DNA of 64,000 nucleotides, from NCBI GenBank assembly GCA_963818535.1, contig CAWFSM010000008.1:760892-824891 (forward strand). Direction: 5' to 3'. Every line of letters begins with the position of its first letter. Position 1 is the first letter of the stretch. Shown here piece by piece: positions 1-10,877 of this stretch. The position numbers and the translations under genes are program-made. The notes beneath the pieces are model-generated. The model was not told the origin of the DNA, did no database searches, and was given only the letters and a program-made list of their open reading frames with translations. This DNA is from an uncultured delta proteobacterium. GTDB taxonomy: Bacteria; Myxococcota; Myxococcia; Myxococcales; Anaeromyxobacteraceae.

Positions 1-429
1 GTCTTCCTGACCAACGGCCCGGGCGACCCGGCGGCCGTGGTGGGGGCGAAGGAGACGGTCGCCGCGCTGCTCGGGAAGGTGCCGGTCTTCGGCATCTGCC
101 TCGGCCACCAGATCCTCGCGCTGGCGCTCGGGGCCTCGACCTACAAGCTCAAGTTCGGCCACCGAGGGGCCAACCAGCCCGTGAAGGACCTGGCCACCGG
201 AAAGGTGGACATCACCGCCCAGAACCACGGCTTCGCGGTCGACGACGGGTCCCTGGGCAGGCGGGCCCGCGTGTCCCACGTGAACCTGAACGACGGAACG
301 GTCGAGGGCATCGAGGTGCTCGACGCCCAGGCCTTCGGCGTCCAGTACCACCCCGAGTCCTCCCCGGGGCCGCACGACGCGCGCCACCTCTTCACGCGCT
401 TCGTCGGGATGATGGAGCAGCGCCGGTGA
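1..429 (+). CDS. carA: Carbamoyl-phosphate synthase small (glutamine amidotransferase) subunit, C-terminal part; the 5' end lies outside the window
   Basis: Frame open from nt 1. Class-I GATase motifs FGICLGHQ and [13 protein letters not shown]. Confidence 0.9.
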   Translation, partial: VFLTNGPGDPAAVVGAKETVAALLGKVPVFGICLGHQILALALGASTYKLKFGHRGANQPVKDLATGKVDITAQNHGFAVDDGSLGRRARVSHVNLNDGTVEGIEVLDAQAFGVQYHPESSPGPHDARHLFTRFVGMMEQRR

Positions 430-1088
430 CCCTGACGGAACTGCACGACCGACTCCTCGCCTGGGCAGGTGCGGAGGAACGCCAGCCCTGGCTTCTCGAG
501 GCGCGCCGGACCTGGTTCGCGCGGGTCGGGGAGCCGCACGAGGAGGACAAGAGCTTCGAGCACCGCATGAACGGCCTGGTCGAGCACTACCTGCACGACT
601 ACCGTCCCGACGGGACGAACCGGACCGTCGACCTCTACCTCCGGGACGGAGCGGTCGACCTCACCACCGACGAGCGCGCCCAGGTGCGCGATTTCGGCCG
701 CAGCCGCAGGGCCCTCTTCGAGGTCCGCAAGATCCGGCCCGGGGTGATGGAACTCGACGAGGTTCTCGGGGGCGCCCGGCACGAGGTGGTGGAGCGGCGC
801 GCGGTGGTCGCGCTCGCCAAGGGGGACATCTTCGAGGCGAGGCTCGTGCCGCACGACGGCAAGCTCCACTTCGCCGCGGCGTTCATCTACCACCCGCGGG
901 AGGTGCGACGCGGCATCCTCAAGGAGGCGAAGCGCCTCGTCGAGGCCGCGCCGCCGGGGCAGGCGCCGGACGTCGACGAATTCCTGGCGCAGCTCTCCCG
1001 GATGGCGCTAAGGCTCGAGCGTTACCGCAACGTGCGGGTCGAGTCGATCTACGACTTCGACGCGCCACAGGGACGAAACGCCGTCTGA
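426..1088 (+). CDS. Hypothetical protein, 220 aa, no motif recognised
   Basis: Long ORF with host-like GC3. GTG start overlaps the carA stop (GTGA), suggesting translational coupling. Confidence 0.55.
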   Translation: MTLTELHDRLLAWAGAEERQPWLLEARRTWFARVGEPHEEDKSFEHRMNGLVEHYLHDYRPDGTNRTVDLYLRDGAVDLTTDERAQVRDFGRSRRALFEVRKIRPGVMELDEVLGGARHEVVERRAVVALAKGDIFEARLVPHDGKLHFAAAFIYHPREVRRGILKEAKRLVEAAPPGQAPDVDEFLAQLSRMALRLERYRNVRVESIYDFDAPQGRNAV

Positions 1089-1108
1089 GCGCCGTCCGGA
1101 AGGCGGCC

Positions 1109-2182
1109 ATGGACTTCTCGCTCCTCGAGTTCGTTCCCGACGGGATCTTGGTCGCCGACGAGAACGGCACGATCGTCTACGCGAACGCCACGGCGGTCGA
1201 GCTCTTCGGCTGGGAGCGCGACGAGCTCGTCGGGCAGGCGGTCGAGTCGCTCATCCCGGCCCGCCACCGCAACGTCCATATCGGCCTTCGCCGCGGATAC
1301 CACGAGGCGCCTCGTCCGCGCCCCATGGGTCTTGGAATGGACCTGGCCGCCCTGCGCAAGGACGGCACCGAGTTCCCCGCCGAGATCAGCCTGTCCCCCC
1401 TGCGCTCCGGTGGGATCACCTGGGCGGTGGCGGCGGTTCGCGACGCCACCGAGCGGCGGCGGGTCGAGGCGAAGGCCCTGCTCTACCGGCAGGCGAAGGA
1501 GGAGGTGCGGGCGCGGGACGAGTTCCTCTCGGTCGCCTCCCACGAGCTGCGCACCCCGGTCACCGCGCTGCACGTCCAGCTCCAGATGCTCCAGCGTGTG
1601 GTGGAGCGAACCGGCGCACCCGGCCCGGTCAAGGAACGGGTGGAGTCGCTCGACCGGCAGGTGCGCCGCCTGGCCGGGCTGGTCGAGGCCCTGCTCGACC
1701 TCTCCAGGATCCGGCTCGGACGGATGGAGCTCTCCCGCGAGGAGGTCGACCTGTCGGCGCTGGCGCGGGAGGTGGCCAACCCCTACCAGGCCGATCTCGA
1801 CCTGGCGCGCGGCTCCTCGGTCCGCGTGGTGGCCCCCGGGCCCGTGATCGCCTCCCTCGACCGGGTCCGCATCGAGCAGGTGCTCGCGAACCTGCTCGGC
1901 AACGCGGTGAAGTTCGGGGAGGGCAAGCCGGTGGAGATCCGCGTCGAGCGCGGCGGAGACGGGATCCGGGTGGAGGTGGTCGACCGGGGCGTCGGGATCG
2001 AGGCCGACCAGGCGGAACGGATCTTCGGCCGCTTCGAGCGGGCGGCACCGGCGCACCACTACCCGGGGCTCGGGCTCGGGCTGTACGTGGCCCGCGAGAT
2101 CGTCGAGGCCCACGGCGGGAAGATCCGGGTCCGGGGCGAGCCGGGGAAGGGCGCCTCGTTCTCGGTGGAGATCCCGGGATGA
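1109..2182 (+). CDS. PAS-domain sensor histidine kinase (cytoplasmic)
   Basis: N-terminal PAS-like segment (GILVADENGTIVYAN). H-box FLSVASHELRTP. HATPase N/G boxes (LLGNAVKF, DRGVGI, GLGLGLYV). Confidence 0.85.
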   Translation: MDFSLLEFVPDGILVADENGTIVYANATAVELFGWERDELVGQAVESLIPARHRNVHIGLRRGYHEAPRPRPMGLGMDLAALRKDGTEFPAEISLSPLRSGGITWAVAAVRDATERRRVEAKALLYRQAKEEVRARDEFLSVASHELRTPVTALHVQLQMLQRVVERTGAPGPVKERVESLDRQVRRLAGLVEALLDLSRIRLGRMELSREEVDLSALAREVANPYQADLDLARGSSVRVVAPGPVIASLDRVRIEQVLANLLGNAVKFGEGKPVEIRVERGGDGIRVEVVDRGVGIEADQAERIFGRFERAAPAHHYPGLGLGLYVAREIVEAHGGKIRVRGEPGKGASFSVEIPG

Positions 2183-2841
2183 CGGTGCGCCGGGCCCTGG
2201 TCGTTGCCGACGATCTGGGCTACGACCCGGCCATCGACGAGGGAATCCTCCAGGCCCACCGGGACGGGGTGGTGACGGCTGCGAGCGCACTGGTCGACGG
2301 GCCGTTCGCGGAGGCGGCGCTCCTCGCGGCGCCGCGGTCGCTGGCGGTCGGGCTCCACCTGCGGTTGCCCAGCGGAACGGGGGGCGAGGAGGCGGAGGTC
2401 GAGATCCACCGCCAGTTCCGGCGCTTCGCGGAGCTGCGGGGCGCGCCTCCGACGCACGTCGACGGCCACCGGCACGTCCACGCCGAGCCCGCCGTGCTCT
2501 CGGCACTGCTCCGGGTGGCCGGACCGATGCGACTCCGGGTCCGTGCGCTCGACCCGATCATGCGGGACAGGATCCGCGCCGGGGGCGGCCGCGCCTGCGA
2601 CACGTTCGTCGGCGACGCCGACCTCCGCCCGTGCTGGACGCCGGAGCGGCTGGCCGCCGCCGCCCGGGCGCTGCCTCCGGGGACCAGCGAGGTGATGATC
2701 CACCCAGGGCACGCCCCCTCCCACGTCACCACCGGCTTCGGGCGGGAGCGGGAGATCGAGCTCGCCGCCGCGCTGGACCCACGCGTCCGGGAGGCTTTCC
2801 GGGCGGCGTGCGTCTCGCTCCTCGGTGTTCTCCCGGAGTGA
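2179..2841 (+). CDS. ChbG/YdjC-family carbohydrate deacetylase-like protein
   Basis: VVADDLGYDP..I.EGI..AH..GVVTAAS and VDGHRHVH motifs typical of YdjC. ATGA overlap with the kinase stop. Confidence 0.7.
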   Translation: MTVRRALVVADDLGYDPAIDEGILQAHRDGVVTAASALVDGPFAEAALLAAPRSLAVGLHLRLPSGTGGEEAEVEIHRQFRRFAELRGAPPTHVDGHRHVHAEPAVLSALLRVAGPMRLRVRALDPIMRDRIRAGGGRACDTFVGDADLRPCWTPERLAAAARALPPGTSEVMIHPGHAPSHVTTGFGREREIELAAALDPRVREAFRAACVSLLGVLPE

Positions 2842-3843
<1,002 letters not shown>

Positions 3844-3947
3844 GGGCGGTCCCGCGTCTTTTCGTCCCCGAGCGCGGGCAATCCAGATAAAAGGGGGGCC
3901 CGCGGGAGGCAGAACCGCCCCCGCAGGGCGACCATCAGGAGGCCCCG

Positions 3948-5120
3948 GTGAAGATCCACGAGTACCAGGCCAAGGAAATCCTCAAGAAGTTCGGCGTGTC
4001 CATCCCTCGCGGCATCCTCGCGACCACGCCGCTGCAGGCCGAGGGAGCCGCACGCCAGCTCGGCGGCGGCATCTGCGCCGTGAAGGCCCAGATCCACGCC
4101 GGTGGCCGCGGCAAGGCGGGAGGCATCAAGCTGGCCCGCTCCCCCGAGGAGGCCCGTCTCCACGCCGAGGCGCTCCTGGGCATGGTCCTGCACACGCCGC
4201 AGACCGGTCCCGAGGGGCAGGAGGTCCGCAAGCTCTACATCGAGGAGGGCGTGCGCATCGCCCGCGAGCTCTACCTCGGCATCGCCCTCGACCGCGAGCG
4301 GAGCCGCATGACGGTCATGGCCTCCTCGGAAGGGGGCATGGACATCGAGGAGGTGGCCAAGGCCCATCCCGAGAAGATCCTGAAGGAGACCGTCGACCCG
4401 CTGCTCGGGTTCATGCCCTTCCAGGCCCGGCAGCTGGCCTTCCGGCTCGGACTGCAGGGGGACAGCGTGAGCGCCTTCGTGCGCTTCTCCACCGGCCTCT
4501 TCCAGGCGGCGGTGGCCACCGACGCCTCCATCGCCGAGATCAACCCGCTGGTGGTCACCGCGACCGGCGGGGTCATCGCCCTGGATGCCAAGCTCAACTT
4601 CGACGACAACGCGATCTACCGCCACCCCGAGGTGGCGGCCATGCGCGACCCCGGCGAGGAGGATCCGAAGGAGACGCAGGCCAAGGAGTACGACCTGGCC
4701 TACATCGCCCTCGACGGGAACATCGGCTGCATGGTGAACGGCGCGGGCCTGGCCATGGCCACGATGGACGTCATCCAGCTCGCGGGCGGGGCGCCGGCCA
4801 ACTTCCTCGACGTCGGCGGCGGCGCCGACGAGAAGAAGGTCACCGAGGCCTTCAAGATCATCCTCCAGGACCCCGCCGTGAAGGCGGTGCTGGTGAACAT
4901 CTTCGGCGGCATCATGAAGTGCGACGTGATCGCCAACGGCGTGGTGGCCGCGGCCCGCCAGCTGGGCCTGTCCATGCCGCTCGTGGTCCGTCTCCAGGGC
5001 ACCAACGTCGAGCTGGGCAACGAGATCCTGGCCAAGAGCGGTCTCGACATCATCGCCGCGGACGACCTCGGCGACGCCGCCAAGAAGGTCGTGGCGGCGG
5101 TCCGGTCCATCAAGGCCTGA
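3948..5120 (+). CDS. sucC: Succinyl-CoA synthetase beta subunit
   Basis: [18 protein letters not shown]-terminus, ATP-grasp domain, and C-terminal GGIMKCD. Confidence 0.95.
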   Translation: MKIHEYQAKEILKKFGVSIPRGILATTPLQAEGAARQLGGGICAVKAQIHAGGRGKAGGIKLARSPEEARLHAEALLGMVLHTPQTGPEGQEVRKLYIEEGVRIARELYLGIALDRERSRMTVMASSEGGMDIEEVAKAHPEKILKETVDPLLGFMPFQARQLAFRLGLQGDSVSAFVRFSTGLFQAAVATDASIAEINPLVVTATGGVIALDAKLNFDDNAIYRHPEVAAMRDPGEEDPKETQAKEYDLAYIALDGNIGCMVNGAGLAMATMDVIQLAGGAPANFLDVGGGADEKKVTEAFKIILQDPAVKAVLVNIFGGIMKCDVIANGVVAAARQLGLSMPLVVRLQGTNVELGNEILAKSGLDIIAADDLGDAAKKVVAAVRSIKA

Positions 5121-5134
5121 GCGGGAGGAACACC

Positions 5135-6185
5135 GTGAGCATCCTCGTCGATCGAAACACCCGCGTCGTCGTCCAGGGCATCACCGGCTCCGCCGGAAGC
5201 TTCCACTCGGAGCAGATGCTGGCCTACGGCACCAAGGTCGTGGCCGGCGTCACCCCGGGAAGGGGAGGGACCCGCTTCCAGGGGCAGGTCCCCATCTTCA
5301 ACACCGTCGAGGAGGCGGTCCGGGAGACCGGGGCCAACGCCTCGGCCATCTTCGTCCCGCCCCCGTTCGCGGCCGATTCGATCCTCGAGGCGGCCGACGC
5401 CGGCATCCCCCTGGTGGTCGCCATCACCGAGGGAATCCCGGTCCTCGACATGGTCCGGGTGAAGCGTTACCTGCAGGATCAGCCCGCCGTGAAGCTGCTC
5501 GGGCCGAACTGCCCGGGCGTCATCACGCCGGGACAGTGCAAGATCGGCATCATGCCCGGCCACATCCACCGCCCCGGACGCGTCGGGGTGGTGTCGCGCT
5601 CCGGCACGCTCACCTACGAGGCGGTGCTGCAGCTGACCCAGATCGGGCTCGGGCAGACCACCGCGGTGGGCATCGGCGGCGACCCGGTCCACGGCTTCGA
5701 CTTCATCGAGGTGCTGCGCCTGTTCGAGGCCGACCCCGACACCGACGGCGTCATCATGATCGGCGAGATCGGCGGTACCGAGGAGGCCCGCGGCGCCGAG
5801 TGGGTGAAGGCCAACATGACGCAAGCCGGTGGTCGGCTTCATCGCCGGACGCACCGCCCCTCCGGGCAAGCGGATGGGTCACGCGGGCGCCGTCATCTCG
5901 GGCGGCGGCGACACCGCCGAGGCCAAGATGGCCATCATGCGGGACGCCGGCATCCTGGTGTGCGAGTCGCCGTCGACGCTCGGTGCGGCGATGAAGGACC
6001 TGCTGGCGAAGCGGAAACCCGTGGCCCGGGAGGAGCCCAGCCCGGCGCCGAAGTCGGCCCCCAAGGCTGCTGGCAAGGCGGCGCCGAAGCCGGTGGCGAA
6101 GCCCGCGCCGAAGTCGGCCAAGGCGGCCAAGGCGTCGAAGCCGGCCCCGAAGGGGCCGGCCCGGAAGAAGAACCCCAAGCGGTAG
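5135..6185 (+). CDS. sucD: Succinyl-CoA synthetase alpha subunit. Apparent +1 frameshift at ~5822 and an unusual ~60 aa Lys/Ala/Pro-rich C-terminal tail.
   Basis: The two frames join as ...EWVKANMT | [26 protein letters not shown] start follows GGAGG. Length 1051 nt is consistent with one extra base. Confidence 0.85.
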
Positions 6186-6201
6186 CGAACAGGAGAGACA
6201 C

Positions 6202-6645
6202 ATGGCGATCGAGAGGACGTTTTCCATCATCAAGCCGGACGGGGTCGAGAAGGGCGTCATCGGCCGCGTCATCGCCCGCTTCGAGGCGGTCGGGCTCAAG
6301 CCCGTGGCCATGAAGCTGAAGCGGCTCTCGCAGGCCGAGGCCGAGGGATTCTACGCGGTCCACCGGGCCCGGCCGTTCTTCGCCGACCTGGTGAAGTCCA
6401 TGACCGCCGGCCCCGTGGTGCTCATGGTCCTCGAGGGCGAGGGAGCCATCGCGAAGAACCGCGAGGTGATGGGAGCGACCGACCCCAAGAAGGCGGCCCC
6501 CGGCACCCTGCGGGCCGACTTCGCCACCGACATCGAGAAGAACACCGTGCACGGCTCGGACGCTCCGGAGACCGCCAAGGTCGAGATCTCCTACTTCTTC
6601 CCGGAGATCGAGGTCCACGCCTACGAGTGGAAGGACAAGCGCTAA
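6202..6645 (+). CDS. ndk: Nucleoside diphosphate kinase
   Basis: [10 protein letters not shown]...NTVHGSD motifs. Confidence 0.95.
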   Translation: MAIERTFSIIKPDGVEKGVIGRVIARFEAVGLKPVAMKLKRLSQAEAEGFYAVHRARPFFADLVKSMTAGPVVLMVLEGEGAIAKNREVMGATDPKKAAPGTLRADFATDIEKNTVHGSDAPETAKVEISYFFPEIEVHAYEWKDKR

Positions 6646-6674
6646 CTACCCGACATCACTGATGTCGTCGTGAT

Positions 6675-6707
6675 GCGCCCCGCCCGGGACAGCCCGGAGC
6701 GGGGCGC
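6675..6707 (+). terminator. GC-rich hairpin after ndk (possible terminator; no U-tract)
   Basis: gcgccccgcccggg-acag-cccggagcggggcgc inverted repeat, read directly. Confidence 0.3.
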
Positions 6708-6727
6708 GCCGCTATACGGAAGGGCAC

Positions 6728-8066
6728 GTGCTGGGAGCTCCGACATGGGAATGGCTGGCCGCCGCGTTCGTGGTCCTCGGGTCGGCGGCTGCGTCGGCCT
6801 CCGAGACGGCGCTGACCGCCCTCGGTGAGCTCCGGGCGCGCCAGCTCGTCGACTCGGGAGGGCGCCGTGGCCGCCTGATGCGGGTCTGGGTGGAGCACCC
6901 GGAGCGCGTGCTCTCGTCCGTGCTGGTGACCAACACGCTCCTCAACATCGGGGGCGGCGTGCTCGCCGGGGAGATCGCCGCGGACGTGGCGGCCGCCCAC
7001 GGCCTCTCTGCCGCCACCACGCTCGGCATCGCCACCGCGGTGGCGACGGTGGTGATCCTCTTCGCCGGCGAGGTGGTTCCGAAGACCCTCGCCAAGCGTC
7101 ACCCGGTGCGCTTCTCGCTGTCGCTCATCCCCTTCGTGAGCGCGATCTCCTGGCTGCTCTGGCCCGTCTCGATGGGTCTGGTGCGCGCGACCCACGGCCT
7201 CATGCGCCTGTTCGGCGGGGGCCAGGTTCCGCCGGGCCCCGCGGTGACCAGCGAGGAGATCGAGTACATCATCGAGATGGGCACTCGCGAGGGCGTGCTC
7301 GACGAGGTGAAGGAGGAGCTGCTCAACAGCGTCCTCGAGTTCGCGGACCGGGTGGTGAAGGAGGTCATGGTCCCGCGCACCCGCATGGTGGCGCTCGATC
7401 GAGACGCCCCCCGGGACGAGATCGTGCGGGTGGTGACCGAGAACCCGTACAGCCGGATGCCGGTGTACGAGGGGTCCGCCGACAACATCGTCGGGATCCT
7501 CATGGTGCGGGACATCGTCCTCGAGGTCGCGCGGGGGCCCGGCCCCATCCCCTGGGATCGGGTCCTGAAGCCGGCCTTCTTCGTCCCGGAGCAGATGAAG
7601 GTCTCGCGGCTCCTGAAGGAGATGCAGCGGCGCAAGACCCACCTGGCGGTGGTCGTCGACGAGTTCGGCGGCACGAGCGGAGTGGTCACGCTGGAGGACG
7701 TGCTCGAGGAGATCGTCGGGGAGATCCAGGACGAGGGGGACGCCGAGTCCGCCCAGGTCAAGCCGGTGGGGGCCGGGGTGTGGATGGCCGACGCCGCGGT
7801 GCCCGCTCCGGGAGCTCGAGGAGTTCCTCGACCGGGAGACCGGCGTCGAGCCGGGCGATCGAGGCGCGTTGCGATTCCCCGACGAGGGCGACTACGAGAC
7901 CCTGGGCGGCTTCGTCACCGCCACCGCTGGACGGGTCCCGACGGTGGGCGCCCACGTCGACCTCGACGGCTTCCGCTTCACCGTTCGCGGAGCGGACGAT
8001 CGGCGGGTCACCCGGGTGGAGATCGCCCGCCGCGACCCGGTCACGGTCCCGGTCGGGGAGGGCTGA
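6728..8066 (+). CDS. DUF21-CBS-CorC_HlyC family protein (TlyC/CorC-like); apparent frameshift at ~7803
   Basis: N-terminal TM domain, a CBS pair, and C-terminal ...DGFRFTV...RRV..V motif found in the 7869..8066 frame. Length 1339 nt equals 446 codons plus 1. Confidence 0.8.
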
Positions 8067-8068
8067 GC

Positions 8069-9187
8069 GTGGAGCCGGCACTTCCCGACCTCCGTTCCCT
8101 CGCGCGGAGCGAGGTCGATGCGCTCGTCGCCCGGCTGGGGGAGAAGCCCTACCGCGCCCGTCAGCTCTTCCGCTGGCTGCACCAGAAGGGCGCGGCCACG
8201 CTGGAGGAGATGAGCGACCTCCCCGCCGGGTTCCGGACCAGGCTCGCCGCGGAACTTCGCCTCACCGTGCTCGAGCGGGCCGAGGAACGGCGCTCCGCCG
8301 ACGGCACCATCAAGTGGACCTGGCGCACCCACGACGGAAAGCTCGTCGAGTCGGTCTACATGCCCGAGACGGGGCGGAAGACCCTCTGCGTCTCCACCCA
8401 GGCGGGCTGCGCGGTGGGTTGCACCTTCTGCATGACGGGGACGATGGGGCTTTCCCGGAACCTCTCGTCCGGGGAGATCGTCGACCAGGTCTCCCGCGCC
8501 AACCGGCGTCTCCTCGAGCTCGGGGAGGGCGCTCCCCCGCGCCCCCTCACCAACCTGGTCTTCATGGGGATGGGGGAGCCGCTCCACAACTACGACAACG
8601 TCAAGGCAGCGCTCGACGTGCTTCTGTCGGAGGACGGCCCGAACTTCTCGAACCGCCACGTGACCGTCTCCACCTCGGGCGTCGTCCCGGAGATGCGCCG
8701 CTTCGGCGAGGAGACCGACGTGAAGCTGGCGGTCTCCCTGAACGCCACGACCGACGAGGTCCGGACCTCCCTCATGCCGCTCAACCGTCGATGGCCGCTC
8801 TCGGACCTGCTGGCGGCCTGTCGCGAGTTCCCCATGAAGAAGGGGCGGCGAATCACCTTCGAGTACGTGCTGCTCGGCGGGGTGAACGACACCGACGAGG
8901 ACGCCGTCCGGCTCTCCCGCATGGTGAAGGGGATCCCCGCCAAGGTGAACCTCATCCCCTACAACGAGAACCCGGGGCTCGGCTTCCGGGCGCCCGATCC
9001 CGGGCGGGTCCAGGCCTTCCAGGACCGGCTCGTCGCCGCCAACGTGACGGCGGTGGTACGGAGGAACCGGGGGAGCGACATCGCCGCAGCCTGCGGCCAG
9101 CTGGCGGCCGAGGGAGGGCCCGGCGACCCCCGCCGCAGGGGGCGGGAGGGAACGCCGCCGTTGACCGGCCGTGGTTCCGCGGGGTAG
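8069..9187 (+). CDS. rlmN: 23S rRNA/tRNA (adenine-C2)-methyltransferase, radical SAM
   Basis: YRARQLFRWLH, radical-SAM CAVGCTFC, and GMGEPL. Confidence 0.9.
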   Translation: MEPALPDLRSLARSEVDALVARLGEKPYRARQLFRWLHQKGAATLEEMSDLPAGFRTRLAAELRLTVLERAEERRSADGTIKWTWRTHDGKLVESVYMPETGRKTLCVSTQAGCAVGCTFCMTGTMGLSRNLSSGEIVDQVSRANRRLLELGEGAPPRPLTNLVFMGMGEPLHNYDNVKAALDVLLSEDGPNFSNRHVTVSTSGVVPEMRRFGEETDVKLAVSLNATTDEVRTSLMPLNRRWPLSDLLAACREFPMKKGRRITFEYVLLGGVNDTDEDAVRLSRMVKGIPAKVNLIPYNENPGLGFRAPDPGRVQAFQDRLVAANVTAVVRRNRGSDIAAACGQLAAEGGPGDPRRRGREGTPPLTGRGSAG

Positions 9188-9198
9188 AGCACCGCTCC

Positions 9199-10140
9199 AT
9201 GGCTTTGCTCGCGGTCGGTTCGGTGGCACTCGACTCGCTCCAGACGCCCTTCGGCGTCCGCGAGGACGTCCTGGGGGATCGGCGACCTACTTCTCGACGG
9301 CGGCGAGCTTCTTCGCCCCGGTCAGGGTCGTGGCGGTCGTCGGGGAGGATTTCCCCCAGGTTCACGTGGACTTCCTGCGCGGGCGCGGGGTCGACGTCTC
9401 CGGGCTGGAACGGCGGCCCGGCCGGACCTTCCGGTGGTCGGGGCGCTACGAGTTCGACCTGAACCAGGCCCACACCCTGGACACCCAGCTCAACGTCTTC
9501 GCCGACTTCCGCCCCGAGCTGCCGGAGGCCTTCCGCGACTCCAGCCACGTGTTCCTCGGCAACATCGATCCCGAGCTGCAGTCGCGCGTCCTCGACCAGG
9601 TGCGCGCCCCCCGGATCGTCGCGGCCGACACCATGAACTTCTGGATCGCCTCGAAGCGCACCGCCCTGCTCGAGGTGCTGCGCCGGGTCGACCTCCTCTT
9701 CGTGAACGACGCGGAGGCCCGGCAGCTGGCCGGGGAGCACAACATCGTCAAGGCGGCGCGGGCCATCCTCGATCTTCGGCCCCCGCGCGGTGGTGGTGAA
9801 GCGCGGGGAGTACGGCGCGCTCTTCTTCTCCGGGACCGAGGTCTTCGCGAGCTCGGCCTACCCGCTGGCCGAGCTGTTCGACCCCACCGGCGCCGGCGAC
9901 AGCTTCGCGGGCGGCTTCATGGGCTACCTCGCCCGCTCCGGATCGCTCGACCTGCCCGCGATGCGCCGGGCCATCGTGGTGGGGAGCGTGCTGGCCAGCT
10001 TCGCGGTCGAACGCTTCAGCCTCGACCGGCTCCGGGACCTGGGTCCTCACGAGATCCGGGCCCGCTACGCCGAGTTCCGCAGGCTGGCCCACTTCGACGA
10101 TCTCGACGTCGACGTCCTGCCGGTGGCCGCCCGACCCTGA
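9199..10140 (+). CDS. PfkB-family sugar kinase; two apparent frameshifts (~9275 in a G-run, ~9776)
   Basis: Three frame segments join into one PfkB-like protein: GGSATYFS..., VVVKRGEYGA, DPTGAGDSFAGGF. Confidence 0.7.
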
Positions 10141-10142
10141 CG

Positions 10143-10877
10143 ATGCGCATCGCCATCCTCAGCGACGTCCACGCCAACCTCGAGGCCCTGACCGAGGTGG
10201 AGCGAACGATCGCCGAGCGTGGCGTCGACCTGGTCGCATCCCTGGGGGACGTGGTCGGGTACGGGGCGAGCCCGAACGAGTGCTGCGAGGTCCTGCAACG
10301 CATGGCCCGGGTGGCGCTCCTCGGCAACCACGACGCCGCCGTCACCGGCCGGATGGATTACGCGTTCTACTACGACGCGGCCCGGCACGCCCTCGACTGG
10401 ACCGCCGGCGTCCTGCAGCCCGAGCACCGTGCCTGGCTCTCGGGGTTGCCGTATTCCGAGCGCATCGACGACGTGGGCTTCAGCCACGGGTCCCCCCTGC
10501 ACCCGGAGGCCTACGACTACATCCTGGCGAGCGAGCAGGCGGCCGAGCTCATCCCGGTCGTCGACGACCTGCCGGGCGTGACCTTCATCGGGCACTCCCA
10601 CCTCACCAAGGTCTTCGCCCTCCAGGCGGGGAGCGAGGTGGTCGAGGTCTCGGGCCGGAAGTTCCGGCTCCGTCCCGGCTACAAGTACGTCGTGACCGTG
10701 GGTGCGGTGGGGCAGCCCCGCGACTACGACAACCGGGCCTGCTTCGTGATCCACGACACCGTCGAGCGCACCGTGGAGTACGTGCGGGTGCCCTACGACA
10801 TCGAGACCTCGGCCCAGCGCATCTTCGCCGCGAAGGTCGCCGCGAACTTCGGCCGCCGCCTCTTCCTCGGGATCTAG
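10143..10877 (+). CDS. Metallophosphoesterase family protein
   Basis: ILSDVHAN, GDVVGYG, GNHD and GHSH motifs. Confidence 0.8.
   Translation: MRIAILSDVHANLEALTEVERTIAERGVDLVASLGDVVGYGASPNECCEVLQRMARVALLGNHDAAVTGRMDYAFYYDAARHALDWTAGVLQPEHRAWLSGLPYSERIDDVGFSHGSPLHPEAYDYILASEQAAELIPVVDDLPGVTFIGHSHLTKVFALQAGSEVVEVSGRKFRLRPGYKYVVTVGAVGQPRDYDNRACFVIHDTVERTVEYVRVPYDIETSAQRIFAAKVAANFGRRLFLGI

Noticed and set aside
1049-2506. 485 aa minus-strand ORF, and many similar long ORFs such as 4700..5869(-), 19999..21207(-), 26031..28253(-), 28244..30964(-), 33350..35194(-), 40606..42396(-) and 57092..59170(+)
   Set aside because: They lie antisense to or off-frame from genes with clear conserved motifs. Their Arg/Pro/Gly/Ala-rich translations are typical of shadow ORFs in high-GC DNA.
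6728-9187. Single 819 aa ORF suggesting a CorC-RlmN fusion protein
   Set aside because: The middle part (about 7803-8066) is nonsense in this frame. The true CorC C-terminus and its stop (8066) are in another frame, and rlmN has its own GTG at 8069. The apparent fusion is an artefact of a 1-nt indel.
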